Source: a virus
Strand: one strand, 5' to 3'
IMG/VR virus record: IMGVR_UViG_3300045988_103922
Length of the DNA: 42,549 nt
Within the stretch, counting starts at the first letter, position 1. Each line of letters begins with the position of its first letter. The notes below the pieces were generated by a model. It made no database searches. It was given only the letters and a program-made list of their open reading frames with translations, and was not told the DNA's origin. Below are positions 42,101 to 42,549 of this stretch, in pieces. A program made the position numbers and the translations under genes.

Positions 42101-42216
42101 CGGGCGACCGGGGACAGATGGAGAAGATCATCCGTTTCCTGACGGGGCTGGACCTGAAGAACGCCAAAGGCGAAAAGTACTTCACGCGGAAGAAGATTCA
42201 GGCGTGGGGCGAGTAA
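33163..42216 (+). CDS. Giant (3017-aa) polyvalent virion protein, likely packaged and injected
   Basis: A single uninterrupted ORF with RBS GAGGT. It contains Gly-zipper hydrophobic segments, an HExxH zincin, a MuF-C-like domain, an ART-PolyVal-like domain, coiled coils and a long alpha-helical C-terminal half. Confidence 0.85.
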   Translation: MAKKKKTTSQKNYSAQDYLNMARDAEKKTQRETELRESRTATDYLNMARQAQGEQPIPKRKKEDDQEKGNAGEKLNRAALLMSRIPGAGDLKRQELNRTARALQQAAARSYKSDGKNWSLAGTGSVFDPIGTTAKRREFESGLDTELLQSNLNRLTEQEKREQSAQKEQNAKKNASSLHQRTQPKEWMMPVKREFGSRVGSGVETFGGGGGKIDAQKEPETAREAMLGESLTDRKARVQNALYEAASAADRAQRSAFDRKGAQERLAEIAGLKQTDEQQREADYLDMAEGDDTAWLSPEEMQTLKEKNGTYGEKYAQEERALNRGLNRSERYVYENAMNTDSSFDRLAEEGRAMDTRMKNAEDVLAYPHDAKAAAEAEKLVKYTTDAERKTYYYTLRTKGQEAADAYLDALDADLNRRRGEAQLEATRQTVNSGALGAIGANAYSVLSSVGETPAYISNLIQFLRGQDIDPYSPENMVSRVNEEIRSQTTQNIENGAPGFLGKALGFGYGVGMDLARSRYNMMLGLGMGGNSKIGKWTSSALMGTSAAQSALTDALDRGATDEQATATSIFSGIWETLFEEMSLERLLDLKSPKTVRQFLTNTLLQSATEGSEELFTEMANTLTDELIMKDLSNYRLNKKAYEASGLTEEEARRNAMADVAKNWGMAALGGFASGAVGAGVHQGIAYGQNRRNERFQNAISAYEKGRQQQTTPQTVEEAASAAAQNDRLNNSEQNITKTQQMNEETNGAARQTAARDGSVPAAYEGGGTSENVEIDQQSPVSRVEKGTVYLRTADGSDVRASDVTFGDERDNLLAAEGVGRMSPAGITGMLNHYDGTKATAKEYASAYLSVYNRARAGMTVQQAVYDSAQTRSALTEEAAMAAYAAGEKMNMGRIVPMTRAEKQRQQAQLDLVSAINEKFSKSGVKIEMVDRIEGYGGQEANGRWDSETNTIYVSKNADDHAYAYIAMHELTHAMKSRNASEFEEFGDWVVYYLNESGQDADALVRGEMIAQAQAMGLMERQKANLTTEEQLKLLDGLSEEQYKQLNELAQEELICNTVPSILQNENVLMDLYHTKPTLFERIKNFLKEFIDAVRGTGRELGKTRAFQQMEAMGKNQAALEDIYNRMVQMAENGEQQRQAEETKFSQKETDHYDYSTPFIQQVDDLLEGKIPKNDALVIGGTPDVLKNIGFSNLPMTINTEHIKNMNRDTEHVLSRAFMEQLPELIKDPLAVIESKTSPESSTVMLLNAVVNGKPYIAPVYITTTSMQNGLKIDSNNIATVFRKGNAITKLLTDALEKENAGKTGVYYWKKKEARDLFESAGVQFPGGSMQDGLIHSILKNDSPVNRKFVEQTETKQFKRWFGDSKVVDRDGEPLVVYHATDAEFTVFDRDKLGKRTKERDIEDFNRNMEDSVGLLRSAELGFWFSEKNLAEDEYGGRDVLKLEDGKRIGMPVYLSIENPNYVDTYDLMETLDNMTVEEYLQEMEDYGYDGLIVTDQEFDNATSYVVFKPNQIKSATDNVGTFDYFNPDIRYSLKETDENVRKQVDLTRELMEETGGYRLTQADAERVMKRVAKEFGSQTDASELAADFARVMEYARQQNADMDQVDNELLSIADKMIANSQQLDEEHEEEVKPIREKLRKTAISLTDSQKAEAASMTGSLGAYRKALFGQVRLSQQSGVSLDSVWSELSNLSPTLFPADTAEGDMPRLLMEAADAVKPIIENQYGLDSEEAAQYAVMQMVDQYMKLPGVQTAAKNQKRMGLTASQYRELMDAFLQKSEKQFQSAWVKTWMQKEKAIGAQKEQEARAKYQEWKRKQIQRNQEWRKEELQSEKNWKQEKRQEMSLWRQEQRSAMQESAKEWKQEKRQEMSLWRQEQRNAMQEKYRQWRQTDTETRKNREAVNTYRDRLERTTRTLLNWMEKPNKTQHVPMELQSDVQKVLAGLDFSGKTTLAAKDLGSRIEAMTNRIANLQEKTDENGASSQTFYLERDQQMLDELHHLAAVIGANNGNVYELSAAELRDLNKWMNAVKHVITDVNKNHAKYYQGKYYRGESQYGTIEEVADSTKAELHRKKAYADKKGVTRAWNEMLGKGMVDCFSFFDKMGSAGGEVFGNLRKGFDKHIRNVSAAKSYTESLLKGVDQKTLRQWTDEKKRTEYKTDRGETIRLNTAEVMELYVLNKREQAQSHLYGQGIRTNEKVEPVMLTRGDVQNITGTLTKEQKQIADRMQKFLAKDCAAWGNEASRVLVGYDKFGEEHYWPIRTDPNSNRTLNADGSAANLSYIKNQSFTKELTEKAQNAIMVESIFGTYTRHISQMSAYNAYAVAMTDLQRWFNTPGVKTEIERAYGSNGVRYITDLMKQINGTADNGKTFGGVPKLVSHAKAAAVGANLSVAIQQPTAYVRAADMISPKYLRDGLFQKSDPELVKKWCPIAEWKSWGFYETDVGRGLNDLIVDQSNALERATEKSMILAEKGDKWTWGKLWNAVAAETRDLYAGELEPGTDAFYEKVGQRLSEIIDKTQVVDSVFHRSPIMRDRGYSSIFTSFMSESIKTYNMVERAIANFAENRKDPAAKRRLMRTMAVYVVNALAGAMAKSIPAAARDDDKEKNYWEKYLEALVENGKENLLFTNNIPMIKDWLAVLNGEETKRLEYQSIERLASLLAEMDKVRTGKGSKWSGFKWFYRIAQSASDITGVPAYAAIRDAKAIVQTVGSAIGQDWYIPMENETASFSYAAENLYEAIRKGDSTAETRLREKLGATKSPAQIDAAVANVLMQQDSRVAEAAALKLQGKATELNQKKQEMVADGFTAEMVDKAVNRYITEGQAEKEKDLTKELKANLWSKDEAVTALRTAAGLMEGSATADDVKAIVSELVADSTAKDPAKTVKSGIVSEVKKDYVSLMEEGKTTEAKGLLRVLQDTLGVTDADAKGWVTEGHQESLRTAAEAMDVRALKAAMTKLKKDGKTDQSMKSSIEGVLKKQYLAAKEAGDRGQMEKIIRFLTGLDLKNAKGEKYFTRKKIQAWGE
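34456..35225 (+). other. Glycine-zipper / hydrophobic region of the giant protein (about aa 432-687)
   Basis: Segments include GALGAIGANAYSVLSSVG, GFLGKALGFGYGVGMDLA, MMLGLGMGGNSKIG and GMAALGGFASGAVGAGV. Confidence 0.6.
35800..36250 (+). other. Zincin-like metallopeptidase module (MPTase-PolyVal-like)
   Basis: HELTH lies at 36067-36081 (aa 969-973), preceded by NGRWDSETNTIYVSKNADDHAYAYIAM. Confidence 0.55.
36618..37150 (+). other. MuF-C-terminal-like alpha/beta domain of polyvalent proteins
   Basis: LVIGGTPDVLKNIGFSNLPMTINTEHIKN...HVLSRAFMEQLPELIKDPLAVIES...VMLLNAVVNGKPYIAPVYI matches my recollection of the MuF_C pattern. Confidence 0.4.
37228..37770 (+). other. ART-PolyVal-like ADP-ribosyltransferase module
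   Basis: KQFKRWFGDSKVVDRDGEPLVVYHATDAEFTVFD...GFWFSE...PVYLSIENP...GYDGLIV...YVVFKPNQIKSATDNVGTFDYFNPDIRYS closely follows the recurrent ART-PolyVal sequence pattern. Confidence 0.65.
38662..38817 (+). repeat. 78-bp (26-aa) tandem duplication in the giant gene
   Basis: WKQEKRQEMSLWRQEQR(S/N)AMQE occurs twice. The first 44 nt of each copy are identical. Confidence 0.9.
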
Positions 42217-42223
42217 AAACCAT

Positions 42224-42252
42224 GGGGGCGGCAGAAATGCCGTCCCCTTTTT
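42224..42252 (+). terminator. Rho-independent terminator after the giant gene
   Basis: Stem GGGGGCGGCA/TGCCGTCCCC (one G-T pair) with a GAAA loop is followed by T5. Confidence 0.7.
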
Positions 42253-42320
42253 GCGGGGAGAAATGGGACGGCGGAAATGGTAGCATGAGGCAGAGAAAGC
42301 GGGAGAGAGGGGCGGCTGAA

Positions 42321-42549
42321 ATGCTGGAAGTGAAGGGGCAGAACATCCTGCTGACCCGGGGAGACACGGCGGCGCTGACGCTGACGCTGGAAGGCGACTA
42401 TGTGCCGGACGGAACGGAAATGAAATTTACCATAAAGAAAGCGCCGACGGACAGCCGGGCGCTGGTGATGAAAACCGTGGAGACCGAAAGCAACCGGGCC
42501 GTGCTGGCACTGGAACCGGGCGACACGCAGCAGCTGCAGCCGGGGCAGT
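42321..42549 (+). CDS. N-terminal part of the junction-spanning small virion protein; it continues at 142..248
   Basis: ATG with upstream GAGAGAGGGG, downstream of the terminator, and in frame with ORF 12..248 through the terminal repeat. Confidence 0.6.
   Translation, partial: MLEVKGQNILLTRGDTAALTLTLEGDYVPDGTEMKFTIKKAPTDSRALVMKTVETESNRAVLALEPGDTQQLQPGQ
42409..42549. repeat. Terminal direct repeat, copy 2
   Basis: It is identical to 1..141. Confidence 0.95.

Noticed and set aside
33163-42216. Whether the giant protein is a virion RNA polymerase, as in N4-like or crAss-like phages
   Set aside because: I found no T7-like (motif A/B/C) or two-barrel DxDGD-type signatures by eye. The recognisable modules are polyvalent-protein domains instead. 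A remote homology search could still overturn this.
42226-42323. The motif GGCGG-n-GAAATG recurs at 42228, 42270 and 42312, and in-frame ATGs lie at 42222, 42237 and 42285 upstream of the junction-spanning gene
   Set aside because: The spacing is irregular (40 and 44 nt). The first copy is simply part of the terminator stem. Starting translation inside or before the terminator is unlikely, so I kept 42321 as the start.
1-42549. CRISPR arrays, transposases/IS elements, reverse transcriptases, rRNA genes and full-length tRNA genes
   Set aside because: I looked for regularly spaced repeats, DDE/HUH transposase or RT motifs, and cloverleaf tRNAs. None was found apart from the tRNA fragment at attP and the two non-canonical tRNA-like folds.

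Overview
The window looks like a complete temperate phage genome captured as a circular or circularly permuted contig. Bases 1-141 are identical to 42409-42549, so the unit length is 42,408 bp, and one small virion gene spans the junction.

Gene order around the circle:
- Packaging and head, 21.6-29.6 kb: TerS, TerL, portal, a Prp-like cysteine protease, scaffold, and an HK97/N4-gp56-like major capsid protein.
- Tail and internal-virion genes, 29.6-42.2 kb: I see no tail-tube, tape-measure or chaperone set, so the layout is podovirus-like. This block includes a 3017-aa polyvalent protein with an HExxH zincin, a MuF-C-like domain and an ART-PolyVal-like ADP-ribosyltransferase module.
- Two receptor-binding/fibre cassettes, 0.25-4.1 kb.
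- Lysis cassette, 4.1-5.6 kb: NlpC/P60-SH3 endolysin, holin-like proteins and a small sigma-70 region-4-like protein.
- Cargo (moron-like) cluster, 5.7-8.5 kb: low-complexity, Cys-rich and C1q/BclA-C-like proteins.
- attP, about 8.54-8.79 kb: a tRNA-Arg(ACG) 3' fragment flanked by TGACCCC arm repeats.
- Lysogeny module, 8.8-12.4 kb: tyrosine integrase, a membrane-anchored XRE regulator, a low-GC membrane/coiled-coil protein, a CI-like repressor, back-to-back consensus promoters with TTTACGTAAA operators, and a third promoter that faces them.
- A roughly 500-bp non-coding, hairpin-rich island with two CCA-ending tRNA-like folds, 12.5-13.0 kb.
- A translationally coupled early operon, 13.0-19.8 kb: Cro-like and Xis-like HTH proteins, Lar-like zinc ribbons, ASCH, a short C5-MTase-like protein, DUF551, VRR-NUC, and an HUH rolling-circle Rep followed by an ori-like repeat region.
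- A leftward four-gene operon of unknown function, 19.8-21.5 kb, with its own consensus promoter and a repeated leader element.

The host is probably a GC-rich Firmicute (Clostridia-like); this is inference only. All domain calls come from motifs I recognised by eye. No searches were run.
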